A stretch of 64,000 nt of DNA from Octopus sinensis (Eukaryota). Within the stretch, counting starts at the first letter, position 1, and each line of letters begins with the position of its first letter. The DNA lies in the NCBI RefSeq assembly GCF_006345805.1, contig NW_021832232.1, forward strand, positions 372,001-436,000, read 5' to 3'. A program made the position numbers and the translations under genes. The notes under the pieces were generated by a model. That model was not told the DNA's origin and did not search any database. It was given only the letters and a program-made list of their open reading frames with translations. Below, piece after piece: positions 1 to 12,745 of this stretch.

Positions 1-358
1 TATCAAAATGTGGCCAATCTAAAAATTGGCCAATTTACGAGGGTAAGTGTGGGTATATTGCTTATCACTTAATTTTTATGTCTTCAAAGTAAAACCTTTT
101 TTTATTAATTAAATACACAGCTGACCAAAGGAATGACTTCAATTTTTTTAAAGGATTGAAATGAAACCTGCTCTGAGAGACAACTTGTCTTGCAACATTC
201 ACGGGTCCGATTTCAGTAAGAAAAGCATGTGTTTTAAATTATTCAAAATTTGTAAAAGGCATATCGAAACCGAACAAAACCAGTTGACGGAATATATTTC
301 GAAATAAATATTTAAAAATACCAGTGCTTTATTCAAATATATCATTTATTTAACAATT

Positions 359-530
359 GAAGCACGAATAGAAATTATTTTAATTTATGGACAGATTGAC
401 GCCATTAATCGATCTGTTGCGAATTCCTTCAATTCAACCTATGAGTGGACATAAACCATATGACAGTTGATCGCTTACTCACAGAATTCAAAGAAACGGG
501 CAGTGTTAACAATAAAAAGAGACAACTACT
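359..530 (+). mobile_element. Tc1/mariner-like transposase N-terminal HTH remnant (degenerate)
   Basis: Manual translation across a frameshift gives EARIEIILIYGQ...HMTVDRLLTEFKETGSV, resembling the HTH of DUF4817-type mariner transposases; no TIR found. Confidence 0.4.
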
Positions 531-755
531 AAATCGTGTTTACGATAACTTTCACGATCGAATCGACTGATGTATGACTTCCTCAGGTGAAAATTTTGAA
601 CATCTGTAGGTCATCTGTCTTTTCTTATGTTGTTTTAAATAAAAACAAATCGCTAACTTATATCGTTTTAAATAAAAATAAGTTGCTAACTTAATAATAA
701 ATTTTTTATTCCTTTGCTAAAAATAATTTGTTCACCAATTTAAATCTAACTCGAA

Positions 756-965
756 TTTTTTTTAGTTTCAATCTTATTTAATAATTGTCAAAATTAATGT
801 TGCTTAATTAAGCGGACGCGAAGCCGACGCGATCGAGAAAGAGTTAGAGCGTACTATCGCGAGGGATATCCGCTCGAAAAACCATCTCGATTCGCGGCCG
901 TCGTCTGTGAGAGCAGACATGCGGGACCCGATCTCCTGAACGAAGCTGATTCCCTTACCGCCCGA
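756..965 (-). mobile_element. CRE-clade non-LTR retrotransposon, extreme 3' fragment
   Basis: Reverse complement of 805-965 aligns closely with 12535-12685 (AISFVQEIGSRMSA...WFFERIS.AIVRSNSFSIAS); A-run on the minus strand near 756-764. Confidence 0.8.
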
Positions 966-1879
966 ATCGAAATTTAGTCGATAATCTTGAAAAAATTTTA
1001 TTAATTTAAATAAGAATTAAATAATTCGACGTAATTTTTAGTACTGATAAAATATAACTGTCAAGGTTTAGTTTTAATCAGTAAATCCTTTGGTTTTTTA
1101 AAAAAATTAAAAGTCAGTGATTCAAGTTCACAATGAACAAGAGGCTTGAAAGTCTTAAAATAAAAATAAATTTTTTTAGAAAAAAAGGAAAAATGAAACT
1201 CCAATTTAGCAAGGCCTAGATTTACGGTCTTTCGTGATCACACGTAGGTCAGAGATTGAAGATTTAAAAACAACCAGTGGATTAATCCCAAGGAACGAAA
1301 AGAGGGACTAAAGAGACACTGAATATTAAGAAAAATGAGAAATAAACTCTGATGGCACTTTTTAGTAAACAAATCTGCCAAGATTACCAGAATCCATCTG
1401 ACTGCGGTGGAGATTCATTTTTAGAATAATAGATCGGCAATATTTTACGTTTAAAAATAAAATTGTTATAAAGGTAAATTAATGCAATTATTTCATATTA
1501 CTTTATAATAGATATTTGTACTTTGTATTTCACGTCATGTTAAAAAATGTCTTATTCTGTTCTAGATTAAGTAAACAGCTATCGCTAAGAAACGCCTGTA
1601 AGTGCTCTTCGGGTTTAAATCCCTAAATAATTACCTTAGACACAAAATCTGCTGATTTGTACAAGAATCCTCAGTACTACCAAAACGAAGAATATACTTA
1701 CTATATCCTTGAAACACAACTAACCAAATACCGGATGGAACAACCAGATCCAAATCGATCTAATTAATAAAAATCACAACTAAATTTTTTTGATTCTAAT
1801 TTTTATAAAACCCATATTTATCTTATTCACTTAAATTTGTTACCAACAACGAATTTGTGTAATCCTAGTTGACAGAAAC

Positions 1880-2110
1880 CTTTCGATGCTATCCTGAATA
1901 AAAGGCCCGGCATTTTTGTTCACGACAAATCTAGCAACAAAATTACATTTATCGAGATGGAGATTAATTCACAAAATTGTTTCAAGCAGGGAGAAGTGAA
2001 AAGTTCCACAAATAAAACTTGCTAGCAAATTTCTTGGAAGCGATCCACCTGGCAAAAATAAAGATCGTTCCTGTCATTAAGGCCTATGACGGAATTTTGT
2101 CCAAATTTTT
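1880..2110 (+). mobile_element. R4-type REL-endonuclease retrotransposon remnant
   Basis: Frameshifted translation NKRP.IFVHDK...FIEMEI...AKIKIVPV matches the PD-(D/E)xK REL domain at 22646-22876. Confidence 0.5.
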
Positions 2111-2269
2111 CATGTTTGTATAATAAATTCTCTATGCATACCCCATAGGAGGGGGAAAGAAGAGAAATCACTTACGTCATTAGTAAAGCAGAACGTCCGC
2201 ACATTCGTCTCAAGGAACCTATTTGCAGACTCAGAGAAGCCTACCTACAAACCCCAAAATGAGAAGCCT

Positions 2270-4040
2270 ATCTCTGACACTCAGAGACTACGAAGTGGGA
2301 TCCGTCGAAAACTTTTGGAAGGTGGAATACGTGCTGCTGTGAGAACAACACCGTATAATTGAGCCGTCTGAACAGTCCTACGCATCACTTGTTGAACGTC
2401 ACCCAAGTCCCCCAGACGACCATCGGATTCCTCCTTGCCCAAAACAATTACCCAATCTACTTGTCTCCGAAGAAGACGTAAAAGATGGGATTCTCTCCTT
2501 TGTACCGAACAGCAGTGATGGACTAGATGAGCTCCGTCCGGGCCACCTCAAAGATCTTATTGGTCGCAACACGGGCAATTCTGGAGTCAGGCTCGTGCTG
2601 GCTATCACCAAACTAATGAACAGGATGCTATCAGGGACACTGCCAGAAACAATTCGATACGTAATGTTCTCTGCCAAGCTAATCGCATTCAACAAGAAGG
2701 GAGGGGGAATACGCCCTATTGCTGTTGGACTGGTCTTTCGTCGGTTGGCCTCAAAGCTTGTTGGCAGAGCAATCCTGCCTATGTTGATTACACAATTATA
2801 ACCAGCCCAAATTGGGGTCGGTTCACCGGGGGGTTGTGAGGCGGCAGTCCATGCTGTCCGAAGATTCACCGAAAAGAACGAGGACACTCCTTTTGTAATC
2901 GTCAAAATCGACATTAAAAACGCCTTTAACTCGATACGACGTGATACAATTCTGGAGGATTGCCTCACACATTACCCATCAGTGTACAACTATATTCATA
3001 GCTCTTATGGAAACCATCCAGTCTGGTGCACGGCCAATATCACATCCCATCGTGTTCTGGAGTCCAACAAGGAGACCCATTGGGCCCTGCCTTGTTTAGC
3101 CTGGGAATTGCCCGTGTCACCAAATATTGTTCGACTCCTCTGAGGGTATGGTATTTGGATGATTGCACAATGGGCGGCCAGCCGAAGGATGTGCTAGATT
3201 GCCTAAAAAGTCTGATAGCCCAATTGGAATCCCTATGCCTAACCCTGAACACCAATAAGTGCGAAGTTATCAATTTTGGATTTCCGCAGCCTAAATGGGA
3301 CCTGATTCTTGAAACATTCAGAGAGATCATCCCTAAAGTCACAGAAACCAAACCAGAACAACTAGAAATACTTGGATGCCTACTCACTGATGCAGGAATC
3401 TTTAATAACAAAAGAACATCAACTAAAAACAACTTTCAGACGTTTGGAGTTGCTAGACGCACATACCTCCCTATTCCTGCTAAAAAACGCCTTGTCAGCA
3501 GAGAAACTAAATTACGTTCTTCGGGGTGCACCCTGCTACCTGAAAACGCAACAGCTCGACAATATCGATTGTCTCTTTCGGACCAAAATTGAACGCATTA
3601 CGAATGTGAAATTCGACGACCAAGGGTGGGACCAAGCGACCCTACCCGTTAACCTGGGCGGACTGGGAATCCCTTCTCCGAATGATCTGGCTTGCCCCAC
3701 ATATCTATCCTCTTTGGACTCCAGCCAACTGCTGATCAGGATGATTCTCCAACTCCAAACTGAATCATCTGAAATCACAGAGATGGAGCATTCGAGAGGG
3801 ATGATGCTTTAGCAGAAAAATCGTTACAAGACCATCTGCGAGGATAAATACGAGAGGCTTCTGAACCAATCAAACCAACACAGACGTGCCTGTCTAGTGA
3901 CTGGAAGATGCGAGTCGAGTGGAGCTTGGATCAATGCACTCCCCGTTGATAGTGTCGGAATCCACCTTGACGACGATACTGTCCGCATTGGCATCAGCAC
4001 CAGCCTTGGACTGGAGATTTGCCGGACTCACAAATGCCGT
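2270..4040 (+). mobile_element. CRE-clade non-LTR retrotransposon, reverse transcriptase region (disrupted)
   Basis: ORFs 2595-2801, 3026-3592, 3372-3812: GGIRPIAVG, DIKNAFNS, GVQQGDPLGP, WYLDD, QATLPVNLGGLGI, SGAWINALP; several stops and frameshifts; 3' end replaced by Merlin sequence. Confidence 0.88.
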
Positions 4041-4120
4041 CTTTTACAATCTGTGCAAAAGATTCCTTATAGTTCTGTATTTGTTTTCGCCACATAAATT
4101 CTGAAAAAATAACTAACTAA

Positions 4121-4541
4121 AAAAACCGGTACTTTTGTCGAAGTGGTCGCAGTTTTTTTAGGCCTTTTAAAAAATCTAATAATTTTTGAGGTGGAATATA
4201 TTATATTTTATTTAAGTCGCTCTATCAATAATTTAAAATATTATTAAATTTTTTACTAATTTATTTTCTAATTTTGTTTAATATTATGGCGAGCATGTAC
4301 CTAATATTGATATAAACTGGCACTATAGGTCACATGGAAAATTCTGTTGTGGACTTATGCAACATCAAATTCCGACAGCTCCCAATAAGTAAGGAGGATG
4401 CAGTGCATTTTCTGTTAATAATATTTTAAATTATTGATAGAGCGACTTAAATAAAATATAATATATTCCACCTCAAAAATTATTAGATTTTTTAAAAGGC
4501 CTAAAAAAACTGCGACCACTTCGACAAAAGTACCGGTTTTT
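4121..4541. mobile_element. Merlin-derived foldback element with two copies of the element 5' end
   Basis: Perfect 127-bp inverted arms 4121-4247 and 4415-4541; 4128-4413 is the reverse complement of about 41291-41573, including the transposase start MENSVVDLCNIK. Confidence 0.85.
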
Positions 4542-6317
4542 CTAACTAGACACATGAACTAAGTGCTCAGAGATGAGTGAGATAGATTTCTAGTTCCAGT
4601 AACAGGATAGAACTTAAGGAAGCAAGTGGATTACTTATGAAGTACAAGACCACTTATTTTCTTTTACACTTAACCCAAGAATTTGCTTTCTAGTGAAATC
4701 GTGGGTGAATTTTGATGGGAAAGCTCAGTTTCGACATATTGAGAAGACTTGTGGAACCACTTGTTGAGTAGAATCAATCAAAGAATCTGAAATTCAAAAA
4801 ATGAAATTACAGTATGACCAGAAAATTTCTTGAGTTCCTTGATTTCTTTCCTGACGTTCAGCGATAAAAAACTATTTCATGTGGAAGTAATAAAATGATT
4901 TACCTCAAAACGCGATTATCATAAGAATGATTTTAATCAATCTAATGTTCGAAATTTGGCAAGTCTTTCTCTTTTTAATGAGAAATAAATACCATTGAAT
5001 CGTTTAATCTTTGCGTCTGTTGAGCCCCCAGGCGTGCTTTGCTAGGAAAATTAAAATCTTCGGCTCGAAAAAAAGAAAAATATATAAAACCTCGTCTTTT
5101 TGAATATTAATTATTGGATTGCTGATTTATAGCTCTTATCTTTAGTCAAATTGTGACACATCAAGGTCATTATACTTTACATTATTTCTTAGAAATACAA
5201 TTTTATATACTCAAGTTGTTTTAATGTGATTTTAAAAACATTTTCAAAAAAATCTCCCTGTGATTGAATTGCGTACGTTTGACCAATATTCGTACAAAAA
5301 ATCAATATCTTAATCGTTTAAATATATCAAAGACAGCGTAGATCAAAGCGACTTGGAAAATCTTTTAAAACATGGACGAATTATTAGATATAACAAGACA
5401 TTTGAAGATTTTTATGACTAAAGACAATTCCTTAGAGCTTCAGTTCAAAATGACAATAATATATCCTTACTTCCTAAACTAATCAATATCTAATTAAAGA
5501 CCAAGTGGAAAGTTCTTTCTTTAATTGGAAGTATTTGAGAAACTGGAAGTAAGTTGGAAATATGGATTTTAGAGGAAGATATGTTTGAATTATAAAGTTA
5601 AAGTAATAAACTTGAGTATAAAAGTGGATAGAAAAGTAATCAAAGTTACGAATAAAGTAAGAAAATAAATCAAGAAAGACAAGTAGGTCATCTCAAATTA
5701 GGTCAACAATCTGTAGGAGATGAAAAAGAAGAATATTCGATTTAATTGGAGTTTCAAAATTCCAATAAATATAAGCAATTATCTTAATTTACTTCTGACA
5801 AAAATTAGCTGTTTCAACCACGAATACCACATAACCCCCATTCATATCGATTGGTATAATCTGGATATATTCTAATTGGGTTTATGAGCTCTCCTTTTGT
5901 AAGAATATAATCCCCCATGTAGTCACTTGGGAGGCACAAATCTCATTTGGGATGGTCACATATTGTGATGATTAACTCTTGTGGTCATGTACGTTATTTC
6001 GTTATGTTAATGAAAGTTTAGTCATTTTGAATCAAATATGTGCTAAACTGCATCTACTGCCGTCATCGGGCGTGCGGACGTCAATGCGGTGGGTGCGCTT
6101 CTTCGCAAATGTTAGGAAATATTAGGACATTGCGGAGCACGCACTAATTAGCGCCTCTGATCGGACGTGTAAGCACTCGCTCTGTGGTGTTTTGTGTGAA
6201 CAGTCATATAGCTGTCAGTTTTGCTGTTTTCTCGATATTATATTGATTTATATCTTATTTTTTATTGTTATGTAGTGCCATAAGGCGATTAAATCTTTCA
6301 AATATAGGTTAAACGAA

Positions 6318-7573
6318 ATGGAAGCTAAAGAATATGGAAGTAACAACAATCGGAAACTCACTGAACTAACTTCCCAGAAAAGTGGAAGGATACTTTTCCT
6401 ACCAAACCACGAGGACATTCTACAACGTGACAATCCAAGGTTACTACCCCCTTGTAATAATATAACATATTCCAAATTTATCGATATTTATATCCCTGCC
6501 ATTATTAATGTATCGATTACCTTTTACATAAGGTCAAGTCATTACTCCCTTTTAGATGTACTCTTAGAAACGAACTATTTGGCAATAAATCCGACTATTT
6601 CGAGACTCCCCCATTGATTTCTAATATCGATGTGACGAACAGACCTAATGTAGCATATCTGGGTCGTCCCGTTGGGTAGTTTCTGGTCTTATAACTTAAC
6701 AGGGTTGACAAAATTGGGGATCAGTCCAGTCCGGCAAATCAAATTATACGTTTGAGTACTTTTCCAAATGGGAGGAGGATTCAGAATGAGATTAAACAAG
6801 ATCTTTCAGGGGTCCGCCTATTCTCTGAGAGATCCACAAATGTTTTCTCTCAGTCATTTTCCGATAATTCGGTCAACATTATGTCAGAATTCTCATTTCC
6901 AAAAAAACCGAAAATAAAACCATTCGAATGCGGATTGTGCAAGAAAACATTTTCACGAAAAGATCATCTTCGGAATCACCAACTGACACACGCAGATTCA
7001 AGACAGTTTCGCTGCACAATCGACAATTGCCAAAAGACTTTCCGAAGAAAAGATCGTCTCTCTGAGCACATGATAAATTTCCACAACCTTCCCAAGGCAA
7101 TATTCTGTCATATTTGCAACATAACGTTCACATCAAAGTCGCAGCTATCCAAGCACATGAACAATCAACATTATGCTTACAAATGTTCTGTATGCAAGGC
7201 AGGGTTTGAGGAATACGAGGAAATGGTTAAACATCAGCGAATTTATTGCAAATCTGAAATATCGGTAAACCAAAAGACATTGGACATTGTGAGTGAGAGA
7301 AATAAAAGCAACGAAGAATGTTCTGGACAATCCAAACTGCAGGCTGCTCAAAGTAATAATGTGAGAATGGCACGAGTGGTTGACTTTGTTGGTGGGAATT
7401 CCACTCCTGTTTTAAAGACTGATAGTAATGCCGATCCTGAGACATACAATCAATCAGTCCCCATTTGGTGGCAAGTCGTTGAAATATTTGTAAATTCGCA
7501 AATCCGGGAGAAAAAGGATCCTACATTTTCTTACGACTGTTACTTGGATTGGTGCAGAAATCGAAATGAGTGA
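6318..7573 (+). CDS. C2H2 zinc-finger protein (4 fingers), multi-exon
   Basis: ORF 6752-7573 has CGLC..H..H, CTIDNC..H..H, CHIC..H..H, CSVC..H..C; it joins in frame to ORF 6318 via GT-AG micro-introns (23 nt gtcaagtc..ttttag, 27 nt gtagtttc..taacag). Exact start and end exons uncertain. Confidence 0.72.
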
Positions 7574-7689
7574 ACGTCAAAAATTTATAGTGAGACTATA
7601 TTCCTATAATAACTTTATGATTTTTTACTATTTTGCTTATAAAACAGGTCTTGGTTTTTATTTTTGGTATAGTTTATTTGAAATACTTT

Positions 7690-8190
7690 TTCGTGCCAGA
7701 ACAGCTGGGCGCTTTCCCCGACACACTGCCCTGAACGACATAGTTACGCGGACCCTCGAAACTGCCGGATTCCCATCACAGTTGGAACCGGTCGGCCTGG
7801 TTCGGGAGGATGGTAAACGTACTGACGGCCTAACGACTTTCCCCTTCGAAAATGGCAAGTCGCTCATCTGGGACGCAACTTGCACGAACACCTTCTTCGC
7901 GGAAACATCTTTACGTCAGCTGCAAAACTGGGCTCCGCAGCTAACCTGGCCGAATCGCTAAAAATCAAGAAATATAATGCATTATCTCACCGCCATATCT
8001 CTCCCCCGATCGCAGTGGAGACGTCGGGAGTCCTCGGTCCCATAACTAAAAAAATTTCTTATTAAACTGGGGGACCTGGCAAGCAGAAGGAAAAATGATC
8101 ATCGGGAACGGACATGGCTTTTCCAACGCATATTAATAGCCATCTTGCGTGGAAATTGCCATTCCATCTTATCCTCTGCTGCTAATTAAA
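7690..8190 (+). mobile_element. CRE-clade retrotransposon 3' part (REL domain), 5'-truncated
   Basis: [12 protein letters not shown]...DGKRTDGLT...LIWDATC...PIAVETSGVLGP...WLFQRILIAILRGN. Confidence 0.85.
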
Positions 8191-8479
8191 TACTAAATAA
8201 CAGATTCTTTGATTGTATAATTTTGATTTTCTAATTTTATTAAGGCGAAACATCCCAAATCGACTATAAATACAGTCGATATTATTTGTTCAAGTCTGTT
8301 TGTTGTTCATTATATTCAAAATATAATTTATTTGAAATACTTTTTATATATAGATAATATTAAAAAAGGAAAATAATAATGTGTATTTATCCATATTTCT
8401 AAAATTTCTGCAACGATATGTTAGTATATATTTTAAATGTTAAAAGAATTTTCGGTATACATATATCTATCAGCAATCC

Positions 8480-9140
8480 AGAACTGTGCAAATGAAAGGA
8501 GAGCTGTTTGGCGCTCCCCTTGACAAGGATGGAATATGGTCCTGTTCGGACCTTAAAAAGGCACCCTTTTTTGGATAATATATACCCCTTTAATCTACTT
8601 AGTATTGAGCCACCCTTTCCATAATGCAATGTCTTTTGTCCACAACAACGGACCTAATTTATTGACAAAATAATCTTTGTGACACAATGCGTGCCGTCTC
8701 TGGAACGTTTTATATCTTTGTTTGGTCAGTCTTCCGACACTTTCTGGTGCAACTTTTTGCTATCTAATTTTGCTCGAAATCTCACAAAAATCTGGTCCCA
8801 TCAATGAAAAACTAATTAACACGATTTTTAATAATTCGAAATATTCTTTCCACATCTATGCACTATAAATAGATGAACTGGGCAGACATGCTCTCTCTTG
8901 TAAGCGCGCTATCGGGCGTTTCCCGAGACATGAAGCACTAGGAACGGTTTAGACTCTGCGGGTATTCCAGCTCAACTGGAACCCCATGGGCTTTTTTGTA
9001 ATGATGGAAAACGCTCAGATGAAGTCACGTTCTTCCCTTTCCTGAAGGATAAATGACTATCATGGACTGTGAATGCACCTTACCCTCTCTCGCAGACCAA
9101 TCTCGCTAACTCGGCCTCTCAACCGGGGTCACCAGCAAAA
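8480..9140 (+). mobile_element. CRE-clade retrotransposon remnant (heavily decayed)
   Basis: Manual translation: LFGAPL..., DELGRHALSCKRAIGRFPRHEAL, QLEPHGLFCNDGKRSD; many stops and deletions. Confidence 0.7.
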
Positions 9141-9303
9141 AAATCAAAGCTAACTAAATACCAAAAAATCAGAGTTTATGGCCCAACCGATAGTCTTAAA
9201 AACTTTCGGAATTTTTGGACCATCTTTCGTCAGACAGATTGGTTTCTTCTTTCAAAAGAAATATGTTTAAAAATAAAATCAAAAGTTTTAATATAAATGA
9301 AAT

Positions 9304-10938
9304 TCACGATGCTCGAGACCGAGGACCCCAATTTGGTGCAGGCTTATGTTGGTAGCGTAGCATGTTTGAAGATTTCGAGGGGGGTTCAGCCATATCATGA
9401 ATATCCCAGTTCACCTTTATTTTCGACTCAACAGAAAAAATATTTTCAGCCATCTGACTGCGACGTTTCTGAGGACCACAATCCAAAGCCCACGACTTCA
9501 TCACATCCTACAACTCAACCCAGTCTACTCCACCCATAGCAAATCCAAAGGGGCATCCGTCTTCAATGAATTGGGAGCTGCGTGTGACATTGACACAGAA
9601 TATCCAGCATTAAGAATAGCAGATCTAACAATATAAAACACACAAATTGCCTCATCTTCACAATTGGGACTGTCTGCACTCCCAGTACTGAGGACAGACG
9701 GGACAGTTCATAAAACAGGGGAATATCTGCTAGTTCCTCGGAAATAACAGCCAACATTCCACTTATCCGTTTACTTGTCCCCAAATGAGAATATTCATTC
9801 ATTACATAATATTGCAACTATAAATACATATTGGAATATATACTTTATGTACAAAATCAAGCGAATGCAAGGGCCATGTCCAAATTGGTCCTCCAATACG
9901 AACATTGGATAGACAAAATGGACATTTTCCATTCGAAGTGAGTCCACAGGACGGAACAGGAGTACTAATCTTCTGAACACCACTTTCCTTGACTGTAGTC
10001 TCCGCCACTGGCTGAAACCAATGTGAAGAACAGCCAAAACAGTTATAAACCGTAGAAACCCCAAGAACCATTTCATTAGCCTAAAATCCAAAGCCAACAT
10101 AATACCTTAACAGCACAGTCACGGACAGTAACAAATATTCGAATATAAAAATCAACATAGACTGAAAGAAGAGGGGTAACCAGTCGTCTATGTTTGGCAG
10201 CTGCCGACACAATTGACCGCATCACAATCCGTAATGCCATTTCGTGACAGCTTGGTGTATTCAATGGCATTGAATTGTAACGGGCGTAACAAGCTTCGGG
10301 CCGATTGCCACAAAGAACTGCCAAATCAGTGCACGTGAAGCATAGCAATCCTCCACTTGAAACAGATTCAATAGCCACCTCAATAAATTCCACGGCTGAA
10401 CCATACGGATCGATATCTATGACGTCATATATTGCTTTTTTGGAGGAAATTAATGTCTTGGCATCACCACAAGAGGCAGAAACAATATTTTCAAGCTAAA
10501 ATATTGTTTAGGCAAGACTTTGTTGAGTGAAATGTTTTCATTTATGGTCTCGACTGCAGAGGGGTCGATGTCGTTTGAGGTGATGTGGCATGGATGGTCG
10601 ATTTCAAGCCCAAACCTAACAGAACGTAAGCCCGAGGCTGCAAGTGCTGAGAATAAGACAGTGGATTTAAGAACCTTCGAGAATATTCACGTTAGGAGTG
10701 GATTTTGTTTTTGGTGATTTAAAACGAGGGAATTTTGGGATTTTATCAGAGGAGTCGTCTTTAAAAAATGTGTTGATGACAGCAATTGTGAGATCACGGT
10801 TGAATTCTTGTACTTTATTGTAGAATACTCCTGAGGGAAGACGTATTTCGGCCTTCCCCTCTTTAATTATGGATATATCCTATGAATTATATTCGTATAT
10901 ATTTATACTTTGTTATTTTGTCCAACCTTTGACTTCAT
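9304..10938 (-). CDS. TRMT1: tRNA (guanine26-N2)-dimethyltransferase Trm1
   Basis: Spliced reading EGKAEI..VFYNKVQEFNRDL, LEALAASGLRSVRF, DIDPYGS, GGLLCFTCTDLAVLCG, SCHEMALRI, GGPIW, KPAPNWGPRSRA; seven introns of 23-29 nt, one GC-AG. Confidence 0.95.
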
Positions 10939-11079
10939 GCCCCACACGATACAATAATTTAAAAAATGTATTTAAAATACAATATTTTGTTTTTGAAAAT
11001 TCAGTTCCTATCAAAGACATTTTTAAATTCAAAAATTAGTTCTTTTATATTTCCTGTATAAAGCTGTCAAAGATATGAC

Positions 11080-12130
11080 ATTCCGGTCTCACTCGTTGGG
11101 TGTGTTCTTGCTCTTCCTTTCATCCTTCTTATATAAATGGTGGCCTCCCCTACGCCACTCCCCCTCTCGACAATTCTTCAGATCCATTTTTGTTGGATTC
11201 TGAATCTGTTAATTTACGATTATCGTGCTTTTTTCCGCATTCCTATCAGAATCCCAAAATCGGTCTGTATTTTGGTGGCATGAACTTATCCTGTTTAATC
11301 GATTCTGTCATTTCCGATCCATCCATTACTAATTGGAATCGTTTATTCCTTTTCCAACTTTTGTGTTGGGCTCTCCTGCTCGTCGCCCCGGTGGATCCTT
11401 TGTTTCTCTCTTAAAAAGAATATGAGTCAGTTTATGAATGACTCTCTCGTTCCGTCTTTCTCTCATATATAACCTGCTAAGCCCTTGTTGAAAGACGTTT
11501 CTAAACGTTTACGGTCTCGGACTAATTCCTGTTTAATTTCGGCTGTTCGTCTCCTGTCATCTTCCGATTTTATCCATTCAATCACCCCCGATGTTGCTCG
11601 CATTCTCAAGGAAAAGCACCCTATTGGATAACCTTTGATATGGCGCATTCCTCCTGTTTGCCCTTTTCTGATTCTTCCAAACAACTTCTGGACGCCCTAA
11701 ACTCTTTTAGGGGTAACAGTAGTGGGGGTATTGACTGTCTATTCATTTGAGAGACTTAATTCCCGCCACTGGTGATACCGGGAATTGCCTCTTGAATGCT
11801 TGCACTAACATGTGCAATTTATTCCCAAGTGGCAGAATTTCTGATCATGCTAGAATTCTGCTCTTTTCCGCGAATCTTACAGCCCAGGGCAGGAAAGATA
11901 ATGACATCAGGCCTATTGCTGTTGGAAATGTTTTCGTCGTTTTTTCCAAAAGTCAGTGTAAGTCAGTTATCCCTTCTATTGGCGTGCAACCCATTCAGTT
12001 GGGTGTGGATGTTCATCGCTTTTGCTTTTAGGCAATTGCCGTTAAGACTTCCTGTGTTTTCGGGGCCAAGGCGCTTGCTCATCTTAAGAAACTTGGCTGT
12101 CTGTGCACCCATCGCTCCAGAGATCCCATG
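11080..12130 (+). mobile_element. CRE-clade retrotransposon, internally deleted and decayed
   Basis: SVISDPSITNWNRLFLF, SGGIDCL..HLRDLIP, FSANLTA..DIRPIAVGNVF, AIAVKTSCVFGAKAL. Confidence 0.7.
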
Positions 12131-12202
12131 GAATTTATATTCCTTATTTTGAGGATCTCTCTGACTATTTTATGTGGGAATTGTCTTTCAATCCTACGAG
12201 GC

Positions 12203-12745
12203 TGGCCGCATCCCGCGTCACGCCGCTCTTAACGACCTTATCAGGAGAGCCCTGGAAGTCGCCGGAATCCCCTCCTTGCTTGAACCCACTGGGATCGATC
12301 GGGGCGACGAAAAAAGGCCTGACGGGATCACTGTGTTTCCCTTCAACAGCTGGAAGCCTCTCACCTGGGATGCCACGTGTGTGGACTCTTTTTCGCCTCA
12401 GAACCTGCTGATGTCCGCCTCCGCTCCTGGATCTATTGTCACAACCGCGGAATGCAAAAAGATGCGGAAGTACTCCTCACTTACGGAGAAGTTCCAATTC
12501 CTTCCATTCGCGGTTGAGACTTCCGGTTCCTTGGGCAGTAAGGCAATCAGCTTCGTTCAGGAGATCGGGTCCCGCATGTCTGCTATCACAGGCGACGCCC
12601 GCGAATCGATATGGTTTTTCGAGCGGATATCCCTTGAGATAGTACGCTCTAACTCTTTCTCGATCGCGTCGGCTTCCCGCCCATGAAGCTTTTATTAATT
12701 AACTTGTAGTTAGTTCAAATAAACTTTAATTCTGTTCAAAAAAAA
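12203..12745 (+). mobile_element. Young 5'-truncated CRE insertion (REL domain) with poly(A) and 13-bp TSD
   Basis: Intact ORF GRIPRHAALND..RPDGIT..WDATCVD..PFAVETSG; poly(A) ends about 12745; TSD aatcctacgaggc at 12190-12202 and 12746-12758. Confidence 0.92.

Noticed and set aside
2399-2968. 189-aa minus-strand ORF and similar ORFs (3040-3432, 14960-15283, 25807-26205, 55485-56120)
   Set aside because: Antisense shadows of the CRE RT, PSMC5, the LINE and ATP1A; no independent motifs
5820-6250. GC-richer island with protein-like minus-strand stretches
   Set aside because: Stops in all frames, no consistent splice model and no recognisable RNA family
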